In this document: positions 21,967-31,313 of the stretch, one piece after another
Position numbering within the stretch: position 1 is the first letter of the stretch
Layout: every line of letters starts with the position of its first letter
Origin: Candidatus Latescibacterota bacterium
Lineage (GTDB): Bacteria > Latescibacterota > UBA2968 > GCA-2709665
Length of the DNA: 64,000 bases
Reading direction: 5' to 3'
NCBI GenBank assembly: GCA_965205485.1
Contig: OZ242180.1
Coordinates: 1,856,001-1,920,000 of the forward strand
Made by a program: the position numbers and the translations under genes
Notes under the pieces: model-generated
Databases searched by the model: none
What the model saw: only the letters and a program-made list of their open reading frames with translations
Told to the model about the DNA's origin: nothing

Positions 21967-23262
21967 CTATTCCTGCCGGACACGGATGGCGTTCGCGTGC
22001 GCGTCGAGTCCCTCGGCTTCCGCCAGGGCGATAATGTCGCCGGCCGTCTTCTTCAACCGGCGGTCCGTGTAGGACACGATACTCGAGCTCTTCAGAAAGG
22101 TATCCACGCCCACCGGCGAGGCGAACCGCGCGGCGCCGGCGGTGGGCAGAATGTGGTTCACGCCGGCGTAATAATCGCCGACGGGTTCGGAGGAAGCCGC
22201 GCCCAGAAAGACCGCGCCCGCGTTCCTGACCTCGTTCAGGCGGGACCACGGATCGCGCACCTGGAGTTCGATGTGTTCCGGGGCGATCCGGTTGGCCAGC
22301 CGGATGCCTTCGTCCACGTCCCTTACAATCACGACCGCGCCGAAGTTCCGCAGGGCCTTGCGGACGGCGTCGCGGCGGTCCAGGCGGGCGGCCTGACGCT
22401 CGACTTCGTCGGCAACCTCACTGGCGAGGTTCGAGCTGGGCGTGATACACACCACAGCTTCGAAGCCGCTTCCATGTTCGGCCTGCGACAGCAGGTCGGC
22501 GGCGACGTGCCTGGGGTTTGCCTCCTCGTCGGCCAGGACGACGATTTCGCTGGGGCCGGCGACCATGTCGATGTCGACGGTTCCGAAGACCAGTTTCTTG
22601 GCGATCTGGACGGACGGGTGGCCGGGGCCCACGAGCTTGTTCACCCCCGGGATGGAGGCGGTGCCGTAGGCCAGTGCGGCAACGGCCTGCGCGCCGAAAA
22701 CGCGATAGACTTCATCGACGCCCACGACGTGGGCGGCCGCCAGTACGGCCGGATGCACGGAGCCGTCCGGTCGCGGGGGCGTGGCCATGCAGAGTCGGGT
22801 CACACCGGCGATGCGGGCGGGAATGGCGGCCATCAGCAGCGTTGAGAAGAGCGGGGCGCTGGCGCCGGGAACGAGAATGCCGACCTGCTCGATGGGGAGC
22901 ACCCGCCTGCCGAGTACGACGCCGTCGCCGTCTTCGATGAACCAGGACGTCTGTTTCTGTGCGTCGTGAAACCGTTGAATGTTCTCCGCCGCGGCCCTGA
23001 TGGTTCTGATGAGCCCGGGGTCCGCTTCGCGGTACGCGGCCTGGATGTCCGGCTCCGGCACGCGCATCCCGACCTCCGTAAGATCCACGCCGTCGAGTCT
23101 GCGGGTGTATTCCAGGACCGCGTCGTCGCCGCGTTCCCGCACGGCATTGACGATTTCCTGCGCGGAGGCCAGGAGGTCCGGCTCGAAATCCGTGGTCCGC
23201 GAAAGAATGGCGTTGAGTCTGGGAGAAGGGTTCTCCGGATCGTGGGTGACAACGTCGATCAT
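21967..23262 (-). CDS. hisD: Histidinol dehydrogenase
   Basis: GAQAVAALAYGT, IDMVAGPSE, DLLSQAEH, APEH, GDYYAGVNHILPT. Confidence 0.96.
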   Translation of the reverse strand: MIDVVTHDPENPSPRLNAILSRTTDFEPDLLASAQEIVNAVRERGDDAVLEYTRRLDGVDLTEVGMRVPEPDIQAAYREADPGLIRTIRAAAENIQRFHDAQKQTSWFIEDGDGVVLGRRVLPIEQVGILVPGASAPLFSTLLMAAIPARIAGVTRLCMATPPRPDGSVHPAVLAAAHVVGVDEVYRVFGAQAVAALAYGTASIPGVNKLVGPGHPSVQIAKKLVFGTVDIDMVAGPSEIVVLADEEANPRHVAADLLSQAEHGSGFEAVVCITPSSNLASEVADEVERQAARLDRRDAVRKALRNFGAVVIVRDVDEGIRLANRIAPEHIELQVRDPWSRLNEVRNAGAVFLGAASSEPVGDYYAGVNHILPTAGAARFASPVGVDTFLKSSSIVSYTDRRLKKTAGDIIALAEAEGLDAHANAIRVRQE

Positions 23263-23454
23263 TTGCCTCAATCCAAAAAAAACAGCAACGCGGCGACGCG
23301 ACAAAACCCTCCGAAACGGGGCGTTATCGACGTATAGATGGACGTTTTTTCCCTTCACGTCCAGTGACCTGGTGTATCCTGGTAATCAGCAGTCTAATCG
23401 CCTTTATTTACAAGCATATATTCGAATTAACGTTCGAGGACTTACGAATCAAGG

Positions 23455-24375
23455 TTAGTAGATCACTTTGTTCAATGGATATTCGATAATGCCTTCCGCG
23501 CCCTTGTTCTTCAGCAGGGGCACGGTGTCGCGCACGACGCGTTCGTCAACCACGACCTCCACGGCCACCCAGTCGCCGTCCAGCAGGTTGGAAATGGTGG
23601 GGTTGTTCAGCGCGGGAAGCAGCCCAACGACTGCATCCAGGTCTTTCCGCCTTACGTTCATCTTCAGGCCCACCTTGTCTTCAGCCTGGAAGGCGCCCAC
23701 CAGCAGCGTGGCGATATTCCGGGCCTTCTCCCGTTTCCACGGGTCGTCCCATGCGCTTCTGTTGGCAATCAGGCGCGGGGTGGTCTCGAGCAGGTCTTCC
23801 ACAATCCGGAGTTTGTTGGCGCGGATCGAAGACCCGGTTTCCGTGAGCTCCACAATGGCGTCCACCAGACCCGGCTCGTAGGCCCCTCCATCATTTCCCG
23901 GCGTCGCCGCGCCCGCCGTCCTGACCTTGGCCTCCGTGGAACCCCAGGAGAACTCCACTTCCGCCTGTACGCCCCGCGCGTCCAGGTACTTCCGGGTGAC
24001 ATTGACCAGTTCCGTTGCGATGCGCCTGCCCTGAAGATCTTCCACGGTGCGGACGGGCGATTCTTCAGGCACGGCGATAACCCAGCGCGCGGGCTGCGCG
24101 GTGGTTTTGCTGTACGGCAGTTCCGCGACCTCGACGACGTCGGCGTTGTTTTCCAGGATCCAGTCTTTGCCCGTAAGGCCCACGTCGAGCACGCCCCGTT
24201 CCACGTAATGGGCGATCTCCTGCGCGCGAAGGAACAGGCCCTCCAGGTCCGGATCGTCGATGGTCGGGATGTAGGACCTGTGGTTGGCGCGAATCCGATA
24301 GCCCGCGTTCGCGAACAGATCGAGCGTGGACTCCTGGAGGCTGCCCGACGGCAGTGCGATTCTCAAAACCGCCAT
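23455..24375 (-). CDS. hisG: ATP phosphoribosyltransferase (long form)
   Basis: LRIALPSGSL, RAQEI, VEFSWGSTEAK, DAIVELTETGSS. Confidence 0.95.
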   Translation of the reverse strand: MAVLRIALPSGSLQESTLDLFANAGYRIRANHRSYIPTIDDPDLEGLFLRAQEIAHYVERGVLDVGLTGKDWILENNADVVEVAELPYSKTTAQPARWVIAVPEESPVRTVEDLQGRRIATELVNVTRKYLDARGVQAEVEFSWGSTEAKVRTAGAATPGNDGGAYEPGLVDAIVELTETGSSIRANKLRIVEDLLETTPRLIANRSAWDDPWKREKARNIATLLVGAFQAEDKVGLKMNVRRKDLDAVVGLLPALNNPTISNLLDGDWVAVEVVVDERVVRDTVPLLKNKGAEGIIEYPLNKVIY

Positions 24376-24538
24376 TGAAGATTCCCCCGCGGCGGGGATA
24401 CTTACGGCCGCCCGCCCGTGTGATTGACGGCCTCAAAATTCACACAATCCATCATACTTGTCAACATAAACCTATATGTAACGCGAATTGGCAATTCGCG
24501 CTACGGCCTGGCAATTCGCGGCACGTCCCGCCCTCCGG

Positions 24539-24567
24539 TTGACAAAACCACCGCTGAGGCGTAAGTT
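24539..24567 (+). promoter_or_regulatory. sigma70-type promoter for the phosphoesterase-uvrC unit
   Basis: TTGACA-N17-TAAGTT. Confidence 0.55.
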
Positions 24568-24665
24568 TGTCTTGAATTCAGAAGGTGCCCTCGGGCAGGA
24601 CCTGACACTGACATGATCTCCTTACCCGAACCGAAATCCTGTCTTCGAAAACCACGTACGAACGG

Positions 24666-25169
24666 ATGGTGGCCATGGCACACGCGCATCTGGTGGGACT
24701 GATCGCCGACACGCACGACAACAAGGCTTCTGTGGAGAAGGCGACGGCGTTGTTCAACGAGCGGGAAGTCGGGCTGGTGGTACACGCGGGCGACTATATC
24801 GCGCCCTTCAACGCCAAATGGATGGCCGGCCTGAACGCGCCTATGGTGGGCGTTTTCGGCAATAACGACGGCGAGCGGTTCGGGCTTCGCGCCCAGTTCG
24901 AGTCGCTGGGGGCCATACACCGCGCACCGTACGCATTCACCCACGAGGGCAGGCGTCTGCTGGTTCTTCACGAACCCGACGAGGTGGACGCGCTGGCGGC
25001 AAGCGGCGCCTACGACGTGATCGTCTACGGTCATACCCACGAGATCGACGTCCGCACCGGCGGGACACTGGTTGTCAATCCCGGTGAGGCGGGCGGTTGG
25101 GTGACCGGCCGGTGCACGGTGGGGTTGCTGGACTTGCGGCTGCTGCAGGTCGAAATTCTGGACATTTGA
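24666..25169 (+). CDS. YfcE/MJ0936-family metallophosphoesterase
   Basis: ADTHDN, HAGD, FGNND, YGHTH, VNPGE. Confidence 0.9.
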   Translation: MVAMAHAHLVGLIADTHDNKASVEKATALFNEREVGLVVHAGDYIAPFNAKWMAGLNAPMVGVFGNNDGERFGLRAQFESLGAIHRAPYAFTHEGRRLLVLHEPDEVDALAASGAYDVIVYGHTHEIDVRTGGTLVVNPGEAGGWVTGRCTVGLLDLRLLQVEILDI

Positions 25170-25170
25170 T

Positions 25171-27060
25171 ATGAACCCGGTATCGGAAAACCGTAGCGCG
25201 GCGCCGGCGGGAATGAGCCGTAAGGCCGTACGCAGGCGACTCAATGAGATTGTGTCTCATATGCCGCGGGAACCCGGTGTGTATATGTTGAAGGACGAAC
25301 GGGGGCGGATCATATATATAGGAAAGGCGAAGTGCCTGCGAAGCCGTGCGCAATCCTACATCCGGTCCAACGCGTACGACGGACGGCGTCAGTTCCGGGC
25401 GCTCGTACGTAACGCGCGGGACCTGGAATACATCGTAGCGGATACCGAGGTGGATGCCCTGATCCTGGAGTCCAATCTGATCAAGGAGCATAAGCCCCGG
25501 TACAACATAAACCTGAAAGACGACAAGAAGTACCCGTTTGTCCGGATTACGGATGAGCCCTTTCCCAGGATTCTGTTTACACGCGACGTGGTCAAGGACG
25601 GTTCGCGTTATCTGGGACCCTATACGGACGTCAAGGCCCTGCGCCGGACCCTCGAAACCATGCACCGGCTGTTCCGTATACGGAGCTGTGACTACGCGTT
25701 GCCGGCAACGAACGTCCGTCTCTGTCTCGACTATGAGATCAAACGCTGCGACGGCCCCTGCGAGGGGCTTATCCCGGCAGCGGAATACCGCAAGATCGTG
25801 CGCGAGGCCGTGCTGTTTCTGACGGGTCGCCATACGCAGGTGGTGGCAGCGCTGAAGGAACGCATGCGGAATGCGGCCGCCGAACAGCGATTCGAGGAGG
25901 CCGTGGTCTACCGCGACCGGCTCCGTGACCTGGAGCAGACGACCAACCGCCAGAGGGTGGTGTCCGCGGAACAGAAAGACTGGGACACGATCGCGGTAGC
26001 CAGGGAAGACGACGAAGCCTGCTGCGTGGTGATGGAGGTACGCGAGGGAAGGCTGATCGGGAGGCAGCACTATTTCCTGGGCGGCGTGCTGGACGCGCCG
26101 ATCGAAGAGGTGGTTGGCACCTTCGTCCAGTTGCTCTATCTGACGGCATCCTTCGTGCCGGAGGAAATCTGTCTGCCGTGCGATATCGAGTCGCGGGAGA
26201 CCGTGCTGGACTGGCTGAGGGGGCGGGCAGGGGGTCTGGTGGAAATCCGGGTGCCCCAGCGGGGCGACAAGGCACGGCTGGTGAAGATGGCCGAAAACAA
26301 CGCGGCGCTGTTGCTCAGCGAGCGCCGGTTGAGGCGCGAGAACAGGAGGTCACAGGCGCCCGCCGCGGTCGCCGCGTTGCAGCGCGACCTGCGCCTCGAG
26401 CGGCCCCCGAAGCGGATCGAGGCCATGGACATTTCGAATTTCCAGGGTTCGGACCCCGTGGCGTCGCTGGTGTGTTTCGTTGACGGGCGGCCCCGGAAGT
26501 CCGAGTACAGGCATTTCAGGATTACGGGTATCGAAGGCCCGGACGATTTCGCGATGATGCGGCAGGTGGTGACGCGGCGTTTCAAACGCCTGATGGAGGA
26601 GGGACGGGCGTTTCCCGATCTGCTCCTGATCGACGGCGGAAAGGGGCAGCTCTCCAGCGCGGTGGCGGCGTTGAAAGAGATCGGCGTCAGCGATCAGCCC
26701 GTGATCGGCCTCGCCAAGCGTCTCGAGGAAGTCTTCCTGCCGTCCCATTCGGATCCGCAGAATATCCCCAAGGCATCGGCGGCGCTCAAGCTGTTGCAGG
26801 CCGTGCGGGATGAATCGCACCGGTTCGCCGTCACCTATCACCGCAAGTTGAGGCAGAAACGAACGCTGGCTTCCCGTCTGGATGAGCTCGATGGGGTGGG
26901 CCCGGCCCGGCGGAAAGCGATGCTGGCGCATTTCGGATCCATGAAAAAGATCCTGGAGGCAGGCGCATCGGAACTGGCGGCGGTGGAGGGCATCGGACCG
27001 AAGCTTGCCGAACACATCGCGGAACAGCTGGCGATGGATCTGTCGAAACCTACCCCCTGA
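25171..27060 (+). CDS. uvrC: Excinuclease ABC subunit C
   Basis: PGVY..IYIGKAK, PRYNINLKDDKKYP, UVR region, DISN, DLLLIDGGKGQL, HhH. Confidence 0.97.
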   Translation: MNPVSENRSAAPAGMSRKAVRRRLNEIVSHMPREPGVYMLKDERGRIIYIGKAKCLRSRAQSYIRSNAYDGRRQFRALVRNARDLEYIVADTEVDALILESNLIKEHKPRYNINLKDDKKYPFVRITDEPFPRILFTRDVVKDGSRYLGPYTDVKALRRTLETMHRLFRIRSCDYALPATNVRLCLDYEIKRCDGPCEGLIPAAEYRKIVREAVLFLTGRHTQVVAALKERMRNAAAEQRFEEAVVYRDRLRDLEQTTNRQRVVSAEQKDWDTIAVAREDDEACCVVMEVREGRLIGRQHYFLGGVLDAPIEEVVGTFVQLLYLTASFVPEEICLPCDIESRETVLDWLRGRAGGLVEIRVPQRGDKARLVKMAENNAALLLSERRLRRENRRSQAPAAVAALQRDLRLERPPKRIEAMDISNFQGSDPVASLVCFVDGRPRKSEYRHFRITGIEGPDDFAMMRQVVTRRFKRLMEEGRAFPDLLLIDGGKGQLSSAVAALKEIGVSDQPVIGLAKRLEEVFLPSHSDPQNIPKASAALKLLQAVRDESHRFAVTYHRKLRQKRTLASRLDELDGVGPARRKAMLAHFGSMKKILEAGASELAAVEGIGPKLAEHIAEQLAMDLSKPTP

Positions 27061-27760
27061 CCCCCTTCCTGAAGGAAGAAGGAAGAAGGAAGAAGGAAGA
27101 AGGAAAAGGTAGCGGTAACTTTGACCTCTGTCACTTCTGCAATCGGACTCTCTCAAAAACCAAATGGAAGCGGATTGCTGAGGAGAGCGGAAAACCGGCG
27201 GCGTTTCCTTGAAAATCAGAGTATCACAACTGTCCAAAATCGTCTCTTCCAACCACTATCACGACATGATCCACCTGCAACCGGAGCGAGGGCATCCTGC
27301 CCTCGAACTTCGCGTCACCGACCCCTATTCCCGTCGAGAGACTGACTGTCCATTCAATCCCACACCGGGTCACGGAAAACACCGTGTGCGACGAGTTATC
27401 CGATGTCGAGGGCAGGATGCCCTCGCTCCCGGGAACGCCAACCGCACCGGTCACAAATCAGTTTCTGTCCTGGACAGCCGTGGCCAAATGAGGGGGATCT
27501 GCATTGGCACTTCGAAACGACTTTCAAGAAAACCAGGTACTTACGTATCCAAAATCGTCTTTTTCAAACTATCTTGGACAGCAGTGTCAGAGTGTCTATA
27601 GATGACCGGCACGCGGAGCCTGCTTTCCTCCCTCTTTCCTTTAGGAGAGAGGGCCGGGGAGAGAGGTCTGCGGGGTGGTGAGGGGTTGCTTTTGCTTTTC
27701 GCCTACTTGCTTTTCGTTTTTAGCTGATGGCTGACGGCTGAGAATTGATAGCTGACAGCT
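27048..27760 (+). repeat. Intergenic repeat mosaic (GAAGGAA array, module shared with 34040/34485, 375-bp module inverted relative to 49648-50005, CCTCTTTCC..GGAGAGAGG hairpin, GCTGA heptamers)
   Basis: Direct sequence matches to other intergenic regions in the window. Confidence 0.85.
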
Positions 27761-27793
27761 TTATCTGAGGGGCCGGGAGCGAGGCCCATTAAC

Positions 27794-28318
27794 GTGGAGA
27801 ACACTGTGAAAAATGGAAACGGCACAACATCGGCGGTTCAATCCGCCGTCCTTCAGACGGGCCTGGGCCAGGTGGAGGTCGCGTGGGCAGGCACCCGTCT
27901 GGCGTCTGTCCGGCTGGGCCGCTTCGCAAGGGTCGATATCGCCCGTCCCGCGCTGGTTGACGGCAATCCCCCGGATCCGGCGGGCCAGCGCCTCCTCGAC
28001 GCGCTGGCCGGTTACTTCTCCGGTGAGCCCGTGCGGTTTCACGACCTCCCGGACCTGTCCGGACATACGGCTTTTCAGGAGATGGTCTGGCGGGCGACGC
28101 GTGAGATTCCGTATGGCGTGCGGCGGTCTTACGGCGACGTCGCCAATGCGGTCGGTCGCCCGAAGGCCGCCCGCGCGGTGGGCGCCGCGCTCGGGAAGAA
28201 CCCTTATGTGATCGTGGTGCCATGCCATCGGGTTGTGGGGGCTTCCGGGGCGTTGACGGGTTTCGCCTACGGAGGAGAATGGAAAGCCGCCCTGCTGGCG
28301 CTGGAGGGAATCGGGTGA
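27794..28318 (+). CDS. ogt: Methylated-DNA-protein-cysteine methyltransferase
   Basis: IPYG..SYG, ARAVG, NP...VPCHRVV. Confidence 0.92.
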   Translation: MENTVKNGNGTTSAVQSAVLQTGLGQVEVAWAGTRLASVRLGRFARVDIARPALVDGNPPDPAGQRLLDALAGYFSGEPVRFHDLPDLSGHTAFQEMVWRATREIPYGVRRSYGDVANAVGRPKAARAVGAALGKNPYVIVVPCHRVVGASGALTGFAYGGEWKAALLALEGIG

Positions 28319-28335
28319 CAGGGGAGAACGCGGGA

Positions 28336-29274
28336 ATGGCGGCTATGGCCGATATCGATGAGGGCGAACAGCGCCTGACGGCACAGTGGCGCAACGCGCT
28401 GCGCGGGTTCCTGGATTACGTTCACCTGGAGCAGGGTCTGGCAGAGAATACCGTATCGGCCTATGCCCGGGACCTGGAACGGTACGCCACCGTACTGGAG
28501 GCGCGGGGCGTAACAACGCCGGTCCGCGTGTCGCAGGCGGACGTATCCTCGCTTTTGCGGTTGCTGGGTGAACTCGGCCTGGAAGCGTCCAGCGTGGCGC
28601 GAAACCTCACCGCCGTCCGGATGTTTCATCGGTACCTGCAGGCGGAGGGGATGATCGAAAACGACCCCACCGAGCATATGAAGTCGCCCAAACTGGGCCG
28701 GAAACTGCCAGCTGTCCTGAACATATACGAAGTGGAACGCCTGATGATGGAGCCGGACGTGGAGACGACTCTGGGTCTCCGCGACCGCGCGCTGCTCGAG
28801 ATGTTGTACGGAGCGGGTCTCCGGGTTTCGGAACTGATCGGCCTGGAACGGATGCACCTCCTGTTCGACCTGGAGGTGGTGCGCGTGATCGGCAAGGGCA
28901 GCCGGGAGCGGATCGTGCCCATCGGATCGGAAGCCGTGGCGTGGGTCAGTCGCTATCTGACCGGCGCACGCGAGGAATTGAGCGGCCCGGCGTCGGGGAA
29001 TACGGTTTTCCTGAATTTCCGCGGCGGGGCCATGTCGCGAATGGGCGTGTGGAAGATACTGAGGCGCTTCGTTCAGAACGCCGGTATCCGGAAATCGGTG
29101 AGCCCGCACACGATGCGCCACTCGTTCGCGACCCATCTGCTGGAGGGCGGCGCCGACCTCCGCGCCGTACAGGAAATGCTGGGGCACGTGGACATTTCGA
29201 CCACACAGATCTACACCCACGTGGACCGCGAATACCTCAAAGAGGTCCACCGCTCCTTCCATCCAAGGGCATAA
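28336..29274 (+). CDS. xerD: Tyrosine recombinase XerD
   Basis: NTVSAYARDL, RDRALLEMLYGAGLRVSEL, SPHTMRHSFATHLLEGGADLRAVQEMLGH..TTQIYTH. Confidence 0.92.
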   Translation: MAAMADIDEGEQRLTAQWRNALRGFLDYVHLEQGLAENTVSAYARDLERYATVLEARGVTTPVRVSQADVSSLLRLLGELGLEASSVARNLTAVRMFHRYLQAEGMIENDPTEHMKSPKLGRKLPAVLNIYEVERLMMEPDVETTLGLRDRALLEMLYGAGLRVSELIGLERMHLLFDLEVVRVIGKGSRERIVPIGSEAVAWVSRYLTGAREELSGPASGNTVFLNFRGGAMSRMGVWKILRRFVQNAGIRKSVSPHTMRHSFATHLLEGGADLRAVQEMLGHVDISTTQIYTHVDREYLKEVHRSFHPRA

Positions 29275-29447
29275 GAAGGAAAAAGAAAAAGGAAGAAGGA
29301 AAAAGGAAGAAATGCGGGGAGAAGGTAGACGGAAAAAAAGGGCGGGTAGAGGTAAGAGGGTAGACGATAAGATAAATGCGGGGAGACGGGAGAGGGTAGA
29401 CGTTAGAAGAAATGCGGGGAGACGGTAGAGGTGAGACGGTAGAAGAA
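29275..29447 (+). repeat. Purine-rich heptamer arrays (GAAGGAA and GGGAGAC/GTAGAGG types)
   Basis: Tandem degenerate 7-mers, AAATGCGGGGAGA three times. Confidence 0.75.
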
Positions 29448-29562
29448 GCCATTGCCAATATGATCCTCCAACTTGCCTGCGGCACCCATCGCCAGGCTCA
29501 CGTAGCGGTTCAAGGCATCGGGGGTGCCGGTCGCGGCACATTTGGCTCATTGAAACTTTTCA

Positions 29563-30150
29563 ATGCGTGGTCATTGAGCATGCCTGCATTGAGCTTGTCG
29601 AAATGTCGAAATGCCCGTGATCTGGCAACCCGTCTACGGTCCTCTGAAGCGCAACCACTGAGACTCTCTGAACGAGCGCAGATTTGCAAGAAGCCTACAT
29701 GTACATTCTGGTTTGTTCTAACGGCAAATATTACACGGGTAGTACTAACGACGTCAGAGAAGACTTGCCAGAGAAGACTTGCCGAGCACAATGCAGGTGA
29801 AGGGGCGAATTACACACGCAAATTTCGGCCTGTCAAGTTGGTGTATCTTGAGCGGTTCTCAAGACTTGATGACGCATATTTTCGTGAAAAGCAAGTGCAA
29901 GGATGGAGTAGGAAGAAGAAGGAAGCTTTGATAAATGGCGAGAGCGCCATATTGCCACGGTTATCGAGGAATTCTCGCCAAAATCGAAAACATGGAAGAT
30001 AAGACCAGGGCCCTTATGGCCAATTTGAACTTATCCATGCGTGGTCATTGAGCTTGTCGAAATGCCCGCGATATGGAATCCTTCGACCCTTCGCCGGCCC
30101 TTCGACCCTTCGACAGGCTCAGGGACCGCAATCTCAGGGATCGGCTAAGG
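29563..30150 (+). mobile_element. Repeat-flanked GIY-YIG cassette
   Basis: Direct repeats ATGCGTGGTCATTGAGC..TGTCGAAATGCCCGYGAT at 29563-29621 and 30037-30072, plus related inverted CTTCGACAGGCTCAGGGACC units at 30080-30150; interior visibly more AT-rich than flanking genes. Confidence 0.6.
29684..30002 (+). pseudogene. Small GIY-YIG nuclease, frameshifted by a short tandem duplication
   Basis: MYILVCSNGKYYTGSTNDV in one frame, RRLAEHNAGEGANYTRKFRPVKLVY...REKQVQGWSRKKKEALI in another; CAGAGAAGACTTGC duplicated at about 29755-29782. Confidence 0.85.
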
Positions 30151-30224
30151 GCGCGGGTGGATGATGTTAATTGCGCTTGTCCAGTCAGGCCGCCCTCATC
30201 AACCCCATTGCGACGTTTACAACC

Positions 30225-31313
30225 ATGCAAAAAGCATTCACGGATCTCAGCGAATACCTGCAGGAGGTCGAAATCCTGTCCTCCGCGCCCTGCCGGCTGG
30301 ACGTTGGCGGCACGTGGGACCTCAAGTGCTTCGCGCTGCCCTACGCCAGCCTGAATCCCGCCACCACCAATATCGCCATCTCCGCACGCACCGGCATCCG
30401 CCTCAAAGCCTGCGAGCCGGGCTACGTCCGGATTCTGGATGAATTCCATCGCGAGACGTTTCCCGCGGACGCGCCCGACATGACGGGCCATTTCGGACTT
30501 CTGTTCGCGATCGCGGCCCACTTCGCGCTGGGAGGCGTCGAAATCGAAATCTCGTACGGCTGCCCGCCCCGCAGCGGTGTGGGCGGGTCAGGCACGCTCT
30601 CGGTGGCCCTGGCCGGAGCGCTCGCCCGCGCAAGAGAACGGGTTGGAGGCGAGCGTCTTTCGCCGGAGGAGATCGTCGAGATCGTCTACAATATCGAAGA
30701 CGGTTTGCGGTTCTCGTATACCGGCCTGCAGGACCAGTGCGCCGCCGCTTACGGGGGCGTCAATACCTGGCGGTGGACTTACGGAAACCCGGGTGGAAAG
30801 TTTCGTAGGGAGGCGATTCTCTCGCCGGACCAATACAGCGCCCTGGGCGAACGTCTTCTGGTGGCCTATATTGGCAAACCGCATGATTCGAACGACGTCA
30901 ACAGCCGGCAGGTCGAGGACTTCCTTGCGGGTCGGCATCGAGGCCGGTGGTTCCGCGTCAATGAAATCGCTACGGAGTTCGCCGGGGCGCTGAAACGGGT
31001 AGACTGGGAGGCCGCCGGCAGATTGATGAACGAGGAAACTGCGATTCGCTGCGCGATCGTTCCGGCCCGGATAACCGTGCTCGGAGAAAAGCTTCAGGCC
31101 GTTTGCGCGGAATTCGGCGCGGGTTTCGCCACGGCAGGCAGCGGTAACGGCGGATGCGTCTGGGCGCTTGCGCCGAAAGCCGATATCGTACCCGCACTCT
31201 CGACCGCCTGGAGCGAGGTACTGTCCGCCGTCCCCACGGCGCGAATCCTTCCCGCGACGGTCGATGCCGCCGGCCTTAAGGTGAAGCAGGTTTCTCCGGG
31301 ATGCCCCACGTGA
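30225..31313 (+). CDS. GHMP-family sugar kinase (HddA, heptose-7-phosphate kinase-like)
   Basis: APCRLDVGGTWD, PPRSGVGGSG, TGLQDQ, GSGNGG. Confidence 0.8.
   Translation: MQKAFTDLSEYLQEVEILSSAPCRLDVGGTWDLKCFALPYASLNPATTNIAISARTGIRLKACEPGYVRILDEFHRETFPADAPDMTGHFGLLFAIAAHFALGGVEIEISYGCPPRSGVGGSGTLSVALAGALARARERVGGERLSPEEIVEIVYNIEDGLRFSYTGLQDQCAAAYGGVNTWRWTYGNPGGKFRREAILSPDQYSALGERLLVAYIGKPHDSNDVNSRQVEDFLAGRHRGRWFRVNEIATEFAGALKRVDWEAAGRLMNEETAIRCAIVPARITVLGEKLQAVCAEFGAGFATAGSGNGGCVWALAPKADIVPALSTAWSEVLSAVPTARILPATVDAAGLKVKQVSPGCPT

Noticed and set aside
28336..29274. Tyrosine recombinase as prophage or integron integrase
   Set aside because: Sequence is canonical XerD with no integron-specific insertion and no phage genes or att sites nearby.
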